DNA from: Lama guanicoe
Taxonomy: Eukaryota
Length of the DNA: 64,000 nucleotides
Reading direction: 5' to 3'
Assembly (NCBI GenBank): GCA_013239625.1
Contig: MU057357.1
Span: forward strand, 10,486,505 to 10,550,504
Below the pieces are notes generated by a model. It worked only from the letters and a program-made list of their open reading frames with translations, had not been told where the DNA came from and searched no databases. This document shows positions 33,331 through 45,310 of this stretch, in pieces (the first letter of the stretch is position 1; every line of letters starts with the position of its first letter). The position numbers were made by a program, and so were the translations under genes.

Positions 33331-36125
33331 AGAATATGTCAGAGATAAGGTTAAGAGGCATGGATGCAATTTCTTCTACTGTGTTGATGGAGCTCACCTG
33401 CAACTCCCAAGTACCCAACTGCTGATGGTTACCCTGGAAGAGAGTATATGGACTCAAGCCAAGTGCTGAATCATTGCGAAAATGGCAGGAACGGGGAGTT
33501 CAACAGCTTAAAATATGGGAAAAAGCGGTCTAAGCAAATAGCATGAGTTTTGAATAATAAGCAGTTTATTCAGTGTGGAAATGACAGTATGAAGCCAGAA
33601 ATGTATGGCCTGATATGGGAAAGCAGAGTAGCAATAAATAAAGTTTGGAGAGATGTCATGCTGCCACAGGGGAGAAGACGAGAGAACACTGCTGAAACAC
33701 TGTAGACAATTTAACCTGACTCTTCCACTAGAGCGAATATTGACAGTAACTATCAGAAAAAGTGCAAGAATATACTATTCTTATATCCTTAAATAGGCCT
33801 AATTTTACTTTCTCAGAGCATACAGGAACTATTTCCTGATAATTACTGGTATTTTAAAAACTATGTTCACGTGCATGCTTTTAATGCCTTAAAGCCTTTG
33901 ACATGAAGGTCAGACTGCGGCTGATTCGGTGTATCTCCAGGTGGAAGAACATTTTTTTCTTCCTATCTCAAAACACATTCTGCTTCCTGCCCAAATTCAT
34001 ACCCACACGACATCCTGTACTCTTGCTTTCATTTTCCCCAATGCCGCTTAGATATCTTCATGCATATTCGTATTTTTAGATCAGATAAAATGAATAGATG
34101 GTTCTTCCCCTGAAAAATATGTAGTGTGAGTCAAAGAAAATGTTAATGAAATGAAATACTTAAAACCTTGTGAGATATTGATATGTAGCAACTAATTTTT
34201 TTGTCTCTGTACTCAATGGCTTTTGCTTTGTGTATCTGCAGCACTGCCTCGTGGAATTATGTAGCTCCAAGTATTGGTATTGACAGGATTTTCAGATGGA
34301 AGAGAAGAGGAGTGGGGAAGCAATCTACTAAACACCATCTCTTTCAAAATACTGCTAAGTATGGAGGTAGAACAGAGGGACTAATCTTATCTTTACTGCG
34401 TTATAATCATTTTTAAGAAAAACCACCTCCGTATGGAAATACTTTCCACCGACACAAGTACAGGTATCAAAATGAAGGGGACTTTTCCCGGGTTGTTAAA
34501 TTCCTTCGGAAACATGGGCTGACTTTCATGATAACGGTGTCATTCCTCCTCGACTCCCACACGGCTTGACAAGCAGGTCACAGAGAAAGGTTGTTAACTA
34601 CATTCCTTTGCCTAAAAAGGGATTTCAAAAAAACATGCACTTTAGCTTTGCTCTTAAGAGGGTCAGACGATTGAGACAGTGATTTGTTTGCGTACAGATG
34701 GGCTAGTGCAAAGGAATGGAACAAATATTCAGGTGGAGAGTTTCTAAATGGGAAGATGTGTTCTAAAGACAGCGTCTGTCATACACCTGCCAGAGTCACA
34801 GGGCAAGGTGAAGGTACTGTAAACAATGAAGTCTCCTTAGTGAAAACTGCTGCATATTCAGCGAGATCTGTGGGTGGGACAGAACAGCCAAGAGAGTCAC
34901 TTGTATAGTATATGCTTTTAAAAGCAAGTCTCACATCTGTTTTATTGTAACTGGGAAGGATTTCAAATTTTTTTTTTAAAGACAAATAACTTGGATTTAA
35001 CTCCTACTAACAAGCCCAAGACTATATATGATCAGCAACTACATTAGATTAGAAATAAAATTCAATTTAAGAACTTCAATGAAATGAAGCCAGGTGCATT
35101 CTTGGTGCATAGAAAGGTACATTAAAGAAACTTACTAGTTTGTTTAGTACATCTTTTAAATGCCACAGTATCTGTAACTATGATTACTCCAGAGATCAAA
35201 TTAAGAACATTCCTCATTTGTTTATTTGTCTCTAAGGAAAATACAAGAAAACAAATGCTAATCAAAAGATTAATGGACTTCTCAATGTATATAATATATT
35301 AGCCACTCCTTCAGCCTTTGAGAAAAGAAATAAAAAAATAAAATAAAAACAAGGTATTGTCTAACATTCTCGGTAAATATGGTGCAGTGTTCAGGTCCTA
35401 GTTCGCATGAATTTGATTTAAGTCTGTAAAGCTTTTCGGAATATTCCTATAGCTATCCAGATAGAAACATCATACGTAAAAGTGTTCTTTATTCCAGAAC
35501 AGACGAAACGCCCAGTGTTAAAAGAAGGTTTAGGTATCTCTGAAGGTTTCTTATCACCCGGCAACATAACTTTCTGATGGTTCAGTGCCTGAAAGGGTCG
35601 TCTGAGATCATTCATCAGATAAATCAAATAGTTGGCTGGCGAAAGGAGAGGAAGCCTATGGTAAACTCGTGTCTTTGCTTCCAGACATCACATCTTTCTT
35701 CTAATAACCCAGCAGAGAAGTTAATGTGTCACTCGGTGTGGCACATCTAAACTGGAGTATCTGCCTGTTTTCGGTTTCTGCTACTAGTTCTGTGAAGGTT
35801 TAACTCGCCAAAGCAATGATTATATTCAGTTTTAACATTTTAAACCACAAATTCCAAAACCTTGAAATGCTGAGGAAAAGGTGCTGGCAAGAAGGCTGGA
35901 CATGTGCCGAGTTTTGTCTCTAAACTTCTTTGAGGAATTTTATTGCAGCATAGAAAATCCACTTTTCTGAGTTGATCTTTAAATATTCCGTAAATATTGC
36001 TGCTATCATGATGAAATTAGATTTATTTTATATATTTTGGGATTTGACTAAAAGCAGTGTTTTACATTTTGGCTGTAAAAGAAAAAAACAAATCTTTTAA
36101 AAATTAGAAATCAAATGGGCTAGAC

Positions 36126-36335
36126 CTGCATTGTCCAGTATGGGAGCCTGTAGCCACTTGTAGCTCTTTAAATTTGCATTAACTAAAACTAAATAACATT
36201 TTAAAAATCCGGCTTCTCAGTTGCACTAATAACATTTCAAGGAATTCATAGCAACACATGGCTCGTTTTTACTGTACTGCACAGGGTGGATACAGAACAT
36301 TTTCCTCAGCAAGGACAGTTCTACTGGATAGGCTG
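36126..36335 (-). mobile_element. MER3 (hAT-Charlie) element
   Basis: ctgcattgtccagtatgggagcctgtagccacttgtagct...ctcagttgcactaataacatttcaag...acagaacattttcctcagcaaggacagttctactggataggctg, with ctaga-type flanks. Confidence 0.85.
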
Positions 36336-37797
36336 TTCTAGAAAGATGTAACTCAAGTATGGCAAATAATAGCATTCATGAGTCAGTCTTCCCAGCTCAG
36401 TACTTCCGTTTTAGTCTTTCAACATATATGGAATAAGAGATGGCATGACCCTCATTTACCTCCTCCGATGAAATGGAGAGAACCTCGTACCATGATATCT
36501 GCTTGTGTGGTATGACTAAGTGGGTCACTTTTGTATATAAGTCCCTTGATTATAAATAAGCATAACAGCAATCCTTAATTAATAAAATGTTGTGTTCTTA
36601 CTCTATCTCAAGTGCTCAAAACAGAGCTGTATTGTAATTTAGTTTCTAAGCCTCCTGATAATGAGCACGACCAGGATTACTGTGGCTTGAATTCAACAGA
36701 ATAGATGAACAGAACTAAGCATAATAGAGTGAATGTGGCTTGAATGAATATTTTTGTTCTTCTGTCCAAAGCTCTGGCTACCAATTATATTTATAGTTTG
36801 GGTTAGCATGCTTAGCTCTGCACTGAGATTAGTTACTGTGCCCAGAAAATAGCGCCAACATACACATCCTGCTTAGCATATATCCTTTCAAATGTTTCCC
36901 TTTCATAGGGACCTAATTCTTCCACATAGAAACTTAACCATGTGACTTAAACCAAGACAGCATAAGAGCCTTGAGCAGTCCGTTATTTGTAATGGAACAG
37001 ACTTGATTTTGGGTGGCTAAAAATTGGCTACTGAAGATCTATCTTCCCAACTGACAGCGGCAGGCCGCTCATTATCAGCAGTTTGAGGAGGGAGATTAAA
37101 GCAAACTGAAGGCATATAGACATTTAATTCCATGTCCACATCTAAAAGCAGTGAGAAGCTGGGGGTCTGCCATTACCTTGATATTTTGGAAATAAATGGG
37201 TATCTGAATAAATAGGAGCCTTCCGTCGCTGCAGCTGTCATGAACATATTTCATCCTAATTGCAAAATATTTATTTTAAACACCAAAATATATACCGAGG
37301 GAGCTAACCACAGCTGCTGAAAAGGAGATTTCAATTGCTAACATCTTCAGATTAATTCAAAGAGTGCGGGAGGTATTAAGGACACCATTTTATTCTTTAT
37401 ACTTTTGGCTTTGTGCTTTGTACCTGAGGAAGGAAGGAAAGATGGAAGGAACTTCCATTTGTGGGCAAGATCTTTTTGACTCAGTTGTTCCTCTGTGGGC
37501 AAGATCTTTCTGACTCATTGGCTGATCTCTTTTGCTCTGTGCCCTGGTACCCATGTAATAATGGGCGCATAGTAAGGCACTGAAGAAATATTTGCTGAAT
37601 AAAAAAAAGAATAGATTCTGGCAGAGACAAGAAAAAGGGTCATTTTTAAACTTAATATTTATGTGTATGTTTATAGTTATAACATTTCTTTATTCAAATA
37701 GACATATTGCATCCTTCCAAGGATGTCTCCCTTTCCCATCATCAGCAGAGGTCTTAGATTAGCCAATCGTACTTTCCATATTTGGGAGTTTGCACCA

Positions 37798-38049
37798 CCA
37801 CAACAGTATCTTCTTCACACTTTTATTTAAAAATATAACAACACGAAGAAATCAAGATAAAACCAGATACTGAATTTTTAATTCAAGGATATGGACCAAC
37901 TTCTCTAGAATCTTCCTTCATGACCCCACAACAGTATCTTCTTCACACTTTTATTTAAAAATATAACAACACGAAGAAATCAAGATAAAACCAGATACTG
38001 AATTTTTAATTCAAGGATATGGACCAACTTCTCTAGAATCTTCCTTCAT
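37798..38049. repeat. Perfect 124-bp tandem duplication with a 4-bp spacer (gacc)
   Basis: 37798-37921 is identical to 37926-38049 (ccacaacagtatc...tcttccttcat); period 128. Confidence 0.95.
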
Positions 38050-38140
38050 TCTACCAGCATTTACTGGACACACTCAACCTGGTAATAACAGGGCTCAGTG
38101 TGAGCCAGATAAAATCCCTGTCATCGTGGAGGTGGGAGTA

Positions 38141-38421
38141 CAGGCTTACCTCATTTTATTGTGCTTTTCTTTATTGTAAACTTTGCAAATACTACTTTTT
38201 CTTTTTTAACAAATTGAAGATTTGTGGCAATCCTGCAGATAATTGTTGGCAATTTTTAGCAATAGAGCATATTTCAGTTAAGGTATGTACATTGTTTTTC
38301 ACACATAACCCTATTGTACACGTCATAACTTTTTTTACACACTGGGAAATCAAAAAATTCATGTGACTTGCTTTACTGCATGGTCTGAATCCAAACCTGC
38401 AGTATCTGTGAGATATTTCCA
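38141..38421 (+). mobile_element. Tigger1 internal-deletion derivative (TcMar-Tigger)
   Basis: TA|caggcttacctcattttattgtgc...acaaattgaagatttgtggcaatcctgc ... ggtctgaatccaaacctgcagtatctgtgagatatttcca|TA: both Tigger1 termini with a TA TSD. Confidence 0.88.
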
Positions 38422-39899
38422 TATTATGAGAAAATATTTTTAAGCATTTTTAAATAACTTAAGACTACATGCTCTCTCTTTGGAAAATCAGCAAGTTCAT
38501 TTACTTATTTAGTCTAGTTCACCCCCCTACCCCACCTCCCTATCACCACCTGGGGAAGAAATGACTGACATAGAAGAAGCAAATTTTGTATAACGGGATG
38601 TTGACACTGAGGAATCTGGGTTCTGGGGTGTCCCACCACAGATGGTGAGTGGCATGTGGGTGAGCAGGGAGCAGCCCGTGAGCCCAAAAGTCTACACAGG
38701 AAGTAACCTAGATGTGTAATTAGGGTATGAGCGAGGATCCAGCTCAAGACTGTCTTCTGCCCACACGCCACCTCTCACAATTCTCCAAATGGGGAGATCT
38801 GAGCTTCCGTTTGACTCTTTTCAGGCTCTTTGCATTGTGTTTTCTCTCTCAGAGAAATCCAGCTTCAGAAAGTGATATCTAAATGATAATGTGTCATTGT
38901 GCTGATGAGTAGGGTTACAATGCTTGAGACAGATAGACAGAAGCAAGAAAAGCAGCTAGATGGCAGATAAAGGCATTTCCTGACCAGAAGGTGGAAAATA
39001 GCAGTTGTGAGTTTTAGCAAATGCACTTAAGAACGTAGAGGAGCTTCTCAGGCATTTATTAGAATCTAATTCAAACCCGTAGGGTTATGGAAGATTTTGT
39101 GAAAAGCACCTCTTAACTGACCAGCTGTCAATTAGCAAAGGAGAAAATGCCTCAAGTGCTCCATTATGATGATGACCAAATAAACGAGCTTTGATTACTA
39201 TAATAACAGTAGTATAATTTATAAAAAATCTCTGGTTTTAGATATGAAAAGAATTCATAACTGGTGATCATCTGTAAAATCTACTGTGGAAAACTACAAG
39301 TATAATTGCTCAATGATGCCAATTTATTTTTTCTTCCTCAAACTTTTCAGGTAATCTAATATAATGAGAAATAATAATTGTTAAGGTTTGATCATGCTAA
39401 TCTAATTTTCTGGATGGCTTATTAACTTTCCAAGGATGTCTTTCTTCTATTTCTTGATCATTAGATCAGGCAATAATTAAAGCAAGAATGAGGAATGTCA
39501 ATTATGGGATGATGTGTGAGAGGATACAGAAAGGTATGATGGATATTTTTTAGGCTTATGTTCTCATGTTTGGCCACATTCACGTACACACATACACATG
39601 AATATAAGCGCAATTTTCTGATTTTTCATAAGAAAGAGATTTAACAAAGCATTACATTTCAAAATGTGATTCAAATATTTTTCCTAAACTGAATCTGGTC
39701 CCAGTGGATGAGCTCCAGAAAATAAACAGCAAAACGTTCAGAGTCTGCATTAAATAGCTTTACACAAAGTTCTCTCACCTCTCTCTCCTCTCACTCAAGT
39801 CCTTTAGAAAAAGCAATAATTTCTAAATATGACTAAATGTGAATACTGTTCATAAGAGGAAAGAATGGTTATTCCAAAGGACTGTTCATTTCAGAAAGA

Positions 39900-40130
39900 C
39901 AGTGGCATTATTGGAAAATGATGGGTGCTTAGATCATGGGGATCTGAGCTGAAGACCAGGTGGAGTCTATACTGGTCCTTTGTGAAATCACTGAAACTCT
40001 GTGCCTTTATTCCATCATCTGTAAAACGGGGTAACAGTAACTATTGCAGAAATGCTGCAAGATAAGATGCAACCTATGTAAAGATTTTGACATATAGTAG
40101 GACCTTCAATAAATGGTAAAAATTATTATT
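39900..40130 (+). mobile_element. MIR SINE
   Basis: aaatcactgaaactctgtgcctttattccatcatctgtaaaacgggggtaacagtaa...acatatagtaggaccttcaataaatggta. Confidence 0.75.
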
Positions 40131-40659
40131 CTGTACCTTCTAGATTGGGAGCTATTTTTTTGTCAAATTCATTTACTGAATCTGGACAAAAATACTCATT
40201 TTTGAACGTAGTCTTTTGTATTCCCCTTCATCCAAATTAATTCCAGTTGTTCGATTGGATAGCAATGGAAAGTAACAATTTTTACCATGGGTGTTAGAGA
40301 TACATTTTGCAGAGATGCTTTTGATACACATTGGAAAAATTCACTATTTAACCCTGCTGACTCTTTATATCTGTGTTACGGTTATTTGTGGTGACTTCAG
40401 GCATACGGCCTCATTAGGTCTTTCTCAGTGTTTCAGCTGAATCTCACTTCATACAAACTGAAAACTATATGTAGGGCCAGCTTATAAATAAAAAAAATCA
40501 CAACTTTGACAGTAAAGTTGAACCTATAACCAACGACATGAATTCTGGTCTGGAAAAAGGAAAAAGAATATAAATATTACTCAGACTCAAAGTAGGTGTG
40601 ACACCACCTCTTCTTTATAGGTTTAGCAGGATTCACCCAGTGGTTAAATCTGTACTTCT

Positions 40660-40875
40660 GATAGATCAGGAGTTTGGGATTTGCAGGTACTTACTACTAT
40701 ATATAAAACAGATAAATAATAAAGTCCCACTATATAGCACAGGGAACTATATTCAATATCTTGTAACAGCCTTTAATTTAAAAGAACATGAAAAGGAATA
40801 TATATGTATAACTGCACATATGCTGTACACCAGAAATTAACACAGTATCGTAAACCAACTATAATTCAATTAAAA
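40660..40875 (+). mobile_element. 5'-truncated camelid-type L1 3' UTR with TSD
   Basis: ggagtttgggatttgcaggtac...tatagcacagggaactatattcaatatcttgta...gctgtacaccagaaatt...ttcaattaaaaaa. TSD aaatctgtacttct (40646-40659) / aaatccatacttct (40876-40889). Confidence 0.9.
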
Positions 40876-40915
40876 AAATCCATACTTCTTTGTATTCTAT
40901 TTCTAACAAATGGGA

Positions 40916-40962
40916 TACATACACACATACACACACACATACACACACACACACACATATAT
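40916..40962. repeat. Imperfect (CA)n microsatellite
   Basis: tacatacacacatacacacacacatacacacacacacacacatat. Confidence 0.9.
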
Positions 40963-41004
40963 ACTAGTGTTCCCTCAATTCATTCTCCCTTTTCATGTAA
41001 TATG

Positions 41005-41458
41005 GCATCTATGAGGGTTCCCATCTCAGATCTCATTTTAAGGAAGAACTTGTCATTTAGCTACAAGACATGCAGTTAGCACAGTTAGTGACTTGAAGAT
41101 TCACCTTAGCTTTCAAGCCCAAGCTTTTACTTCCTGTGCAGCCAGAGCCAAATACCAAGCCTGGTGGAGACACTGGGGTCAGACCATTCCTGCCCAAGAT
41201 AAAGGCACCCCGCTAATGCACAATATTTGCTCTGGAGATGCACACGGGGGGTTGACCTAATTTTTGCCAAATTTGCCTCTTGGTTCGAGGTTTGCTCCAC
41301 CCAATCCTGCTCGCCTTCCTCTTCCACAAATATCAGATCAATTCTGCTTCCCAGCCCAATTCTGCTTCCTCTACATTTTATCTTTCACTCTCACAATAAA
41401 CCTTTTCCACTCCTAAATTTGTCTCAGTTTCTACTTCCCAGGAGATCAAATTGACACA
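41005..41458 (+). mobile_element. ERVL LTR (LTR16-family-like)
   Basis: agaccattcctgcccaagat...tttgctctggagatgc...ccacccaatcctgct...caataaaccttttccactcctaaatttgtctcagtttctacttcccaggaga. Confidence 0.7.
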
Positions 41459-41460
41459 GA

Positions 41461-42103
41461 TAGTAATAGAATCTTAGCAGGGTGTGCGGAAATCTACTTA
41501 GAGTCATCGTTTGCCAGCCTGTTTTGTGCCTAGATATGGCCATATGGTTAAGTTCTCGGCACCGGAATATGACTGAAAGTGACATGTATAGCTACTGCTT
41601 TGCTTCCTTACAAGGAAATTCCTTGCCCTCTTCTTCATTGTTTTCCTCTTCCCGAAAGCCAGCACACTGAGGTGGCATTGATCAAGCTTCTAATACGCAG
41701 GAAATTCCCTTGAAGAAAGAGTCAGAAAACTATAGCCTACAGGCAAAAGCTGACCCGTGGCCTATCTGTATGGTCTGCGAGCCAAGAATGGATTTTACAT
41801 TTTTTAAAGCATTGTTAAAAGAATAAAAAGAGGCAGAATCTGTGGCAGAAGCCATATATGGTCCACCAAGCCTAAAATATTTACTGTCTGACCCTTTATG
41901 GGAAAAGTTTGCTGATCCTGCTTCAGAGGATTGCAGATCAACAAGTTAGAAAAAACCTGGGTCTCTGAATGATCATGGGGAGCAAAACTGTTCCTCTGTC
42001 CTGCAAGCCTGACTGTAATGTGAGAGCAAAATAAACTTCTTTATCCTTTGAGCCACTGTTTTGTTGTGTCTTGCTGTTAGGCAATAGACCCTAGCTAATA
42101 TAC
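41461..42103 (+). mobile_element. MaLR LTR (MLT1J-like), interrupted by MER58
   Basis: atatggccatatggttaagttctcggc...gaaagtga ... aacctgggtctctgaatgatcatgggga...tgtgagagcaaaataaacttct...gagccactg...ctaatataca. Confidence 0.75.
41718..41920. mobile_element. MER58-type hAT-Charlie MITE
   Basis: gtcagaaaactatagcctacaggcaaa...gagccaagaatggattttacattttttaaa...aagcctaaaatatttactgtctgaccctttatgggaaaagtttgctgatcctg. Confidence 0.88.
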
Positions 42104-43838
42104 ATACAAATAAATAAAAGATTAAGATTTAAATGATTTTCCCTTCCTTCCCAAATGTTATATAACTCGGTTATTTCTTCATCTCAGCTTTGAGCAGATT
42201 TCTGAAAATAAGGTCTTCATTTGTTTATTAGCTTTTAAAGATCTAAAGCATTTTTATTGCCTGGTACTTGTATATCATATTGCACAACTACTGCCTAGGA
42301 AGATAGAAAAATATGTAACCTCGAGGTACCATGGCAAACATGTGTAAGTCTACTTTATTAATTTCCCTTAATCTAAAACATACACCTTAACATTATATTT
42401 AGAACTGGTCTCTACCTTACATGAAAGCATGATGACAACAGTGATGGAGTTGAGACTGGGGAACAAAGATAATTTTATAAATGGCTAAACAATGATTGCA
42501 TTTGCTAGAGAATAATTTATTATAAAATAAGGTGTATCAACTTATCAATTAGAGCAGATTATGACAAAACCATCTATCATCACAATGATGCTCTACAGTC
42601 AGTCATTTCTTGGACACTTTCGTGAGCCTTGTATTGAGGTAGAGAAGGTAAGTTCACTTGGTATTTCCAAGTGCAGAGCAACTGCACAGATTATGTACAT
42701 ACCAGTTTTGCAGCTCCATGATTTTCTTTTCTGACAGCAATAGAGACCTGAACTAACAAAACAGTATTTTTGCTGAACCCCAAACATATGCTCATTTAGG
42801 CTATGTCTTATCTGCCCCAAAGCTTACTTGTTTGCTTAATTATGATATGCTTCTCATCACACATAATGCTTTACAAAATATTTGATCAAATAGGTGTGAT
42901 ATTTACAAGCAAGTCTTAAAAATACCTCTAGCCTTTGTAATTTTGCTTGTGCTACCTGAATAAAGTATTTTTTTAAAATTAAGAATGCTGTAAGAACAGA
43001 AATTTTTTGTTATGACACACAATGAGGAATGAAAAAAAGAACTCCTTGTGATAGGTATTTTAGATGCAATACTGCAGAGCCTAGCCAAAATATATCTAAA
43101 TAACTGGAAACGGAAAATGAAATTCTTTGTTTTTCTAGCAGCATCTTAGTACACAGCTTATTGGCTTATCACAGATCGGCAGAAAATGCAGTATGCTTTG
43201 TAATTTAGTCTTGAAGCTCTCTCTGAAAAATTTCTTTGCAAAAATCCTGGTCTACTTTAATGCTAAGCCTGGAAATGCAGGGCATGAAAATACGTTCACT
43301 CTTAAGTAGTTTGAGGTTTTGTTTAATTAGCATATTTCACTATAAAAAGGCATAAGATGAAAGTCATTTCTTTTTACTCATATTAATTCTAATTTAAGAA
43401 AGATTAAACAATCGGCCTGATGACGTGCCGATTTATTAAATTCTTATACCTGAAATTTAATTTCTACACAATTAACTGTAATAAAATATCAGGCTTTCTT
43501 TTCCAAAGAATCAGGGAATCATAACTGTTACCAAGAATGGCTAAGGGGGGAGGGAGATGACTAGAACTGATTTCAGTGGCAGAAAAGTCCCAGTGCTTTT
43601 GAATTAATTCAGTTATTATTTTGTTTGCCTACTACGAGCATATTCTATGGAGAAAATACAACAGAGGAAGAGTTAAAATCTTTTATGTGATCTTTAAAAC
43701 TATATTTTTTAATGCAAAAAATTCAACCATGAGGTATCATTTATTAACCCATTTCATTTGTTTTTGAAGTTGCCTTTTTTGGAGGGGGTGCTACAGTTAG
43801 TTCTGTGATGAGTATCTTCATAAATACATCATTTTTTT

Positions 43839-43899
43839 CTTTTTTTTTTTGCTTTTTAACATTTTTTATTGATTTATAATCATTTTACAGTGTTGTATC
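43839..43899 (-). mobile_element. Very short young camelid-type L1 3' terminus with poly(A) and TSD
   Basis: Minus strand gatacaacactgtaaaatgattataaatcaataaaaaatgttaaaaagc(A)n, the same tail as 1856-1976. TSD acatcattttttt at 43826-43838 and 43900-43912. Confidence 0.85.
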
Positions 43900-45149
43900 A
43901 CATCATTTTTTTTTCTTGTGTTGAAACATGTGCTTAGGAGTTTTTTAATCAAAGACTTTGAAAATCTTTGATCTTTACTTCTTACCACTGTGCTCTTACA
44001 CACAGCAGGTGTTTCTGTACAAGTCTAGTGCTCTTTTCTGCGAAGACCCTAAGTGGTTCAGAATTCTTAAGAGCACAGAGCTCTCAACAGCCACTGTAGT
44101 TACACAGAAGTCCAAGTTAGCATGCTAAGTATCACCTCTGTCATCTTCCTCCTATGATTTTCCAAAACAGCCCTCCAAACTTCAAAGCTCCTAAAAACAA
44201 ATGAATTAGGTAACATCACTGAAACTTTGCTAACATTTTATCACTTTTTATCAGTTTTTAGCTTTATATCACTTTTATCATAAAGTGATCGCATTTGTGA
44301 TCCTGTACCATGTGTGAGGATAAACTTTCTCCTCTACATATGTTTGCTAATTACCTTTACTCAGGAATGAGGTTTTATTAAAACTACTTTGCCTATTAAT
44401 AGGATTCTATAGACAAATGGCCTTCCTCGATAATTAGATTTGGATCATCATCACTCCATCTGGTATTTATTTTGGTGAATTTTCCCAAACTGTTATCCCT
44501 AAAAACCACTTTTTCTCACTTTGAGTAATGTGGTTTATTTTTAACTACAAAATATGTTTTAAATTAAATAAAAATAGAAGACAGTAAAAGGTGTCAAAAT
44601 GCTGAACAGAATATTGCATTTTTTCAGTTATGTTTCCTGCATTTTGGAACATGTCTACCCTAGTAGGATTTTTCGGGCATTTTAGCAGAAAAATAGTTTC
44701 AAAGTCAAAAAGTAGTAGGAAAAAAACCCTCTACACAGTGGTTATCATGTGTATTTCGCCATCTCATCAGCTCTCAAAATGCATATGCAAAAAATGCAAA
44801 AAAAAATCCAGTACATTTATTGTTTCTTGAATGCCCTAATTGTATTTTCAACTTCCTGACTTTGTTCATTCTTTACTCACACCTGAAATGTCCTACTCAA
44901 TTTCTAAACTAAGATCTATTTTGACTCAGGGTTCAACTCAAGCCATTAGAGAATTAGATAGTGTTGTAGGTAAAGAGAGGGCTTAGAAAAGGAAACTAAA
45001 TTTCATTCAGGGCCTCTTCTATGCCAGTCTCTGGTCCCAGGAGTTTCGAAATCGGTCTTAACACTACCACCACTAGAACCAGCGTTACCACTGATTTGCC
45101 TCGACTAGAGACAAACCCCGGAGTAGGTAGTTATGCATGCTCCCTAATT

Positions 45150-45310
45150 TAGTACTTGTGATGACTTTCTGGGCCAGGTATTGTCACGCCTACTCATACA
45201 TGCAGAATCTGAGAAGTAAGAAGTCCTGCTTAAAGGCACACAGCTAATAGTGGTAGAGGTGGGAGATGCAATCCAGTTGACTGGGATCAAGTCAAGCTCT
45301 TCTCACTGTC
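45150..45310 (-). mobile_element. MIR fragment
   Basis: aggtattgtcacgcctactcatacatgcagaatctgagaagtaagaagtcctgcttaaaggcacacagctaatagtggtagag. Confidence 0.65.
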
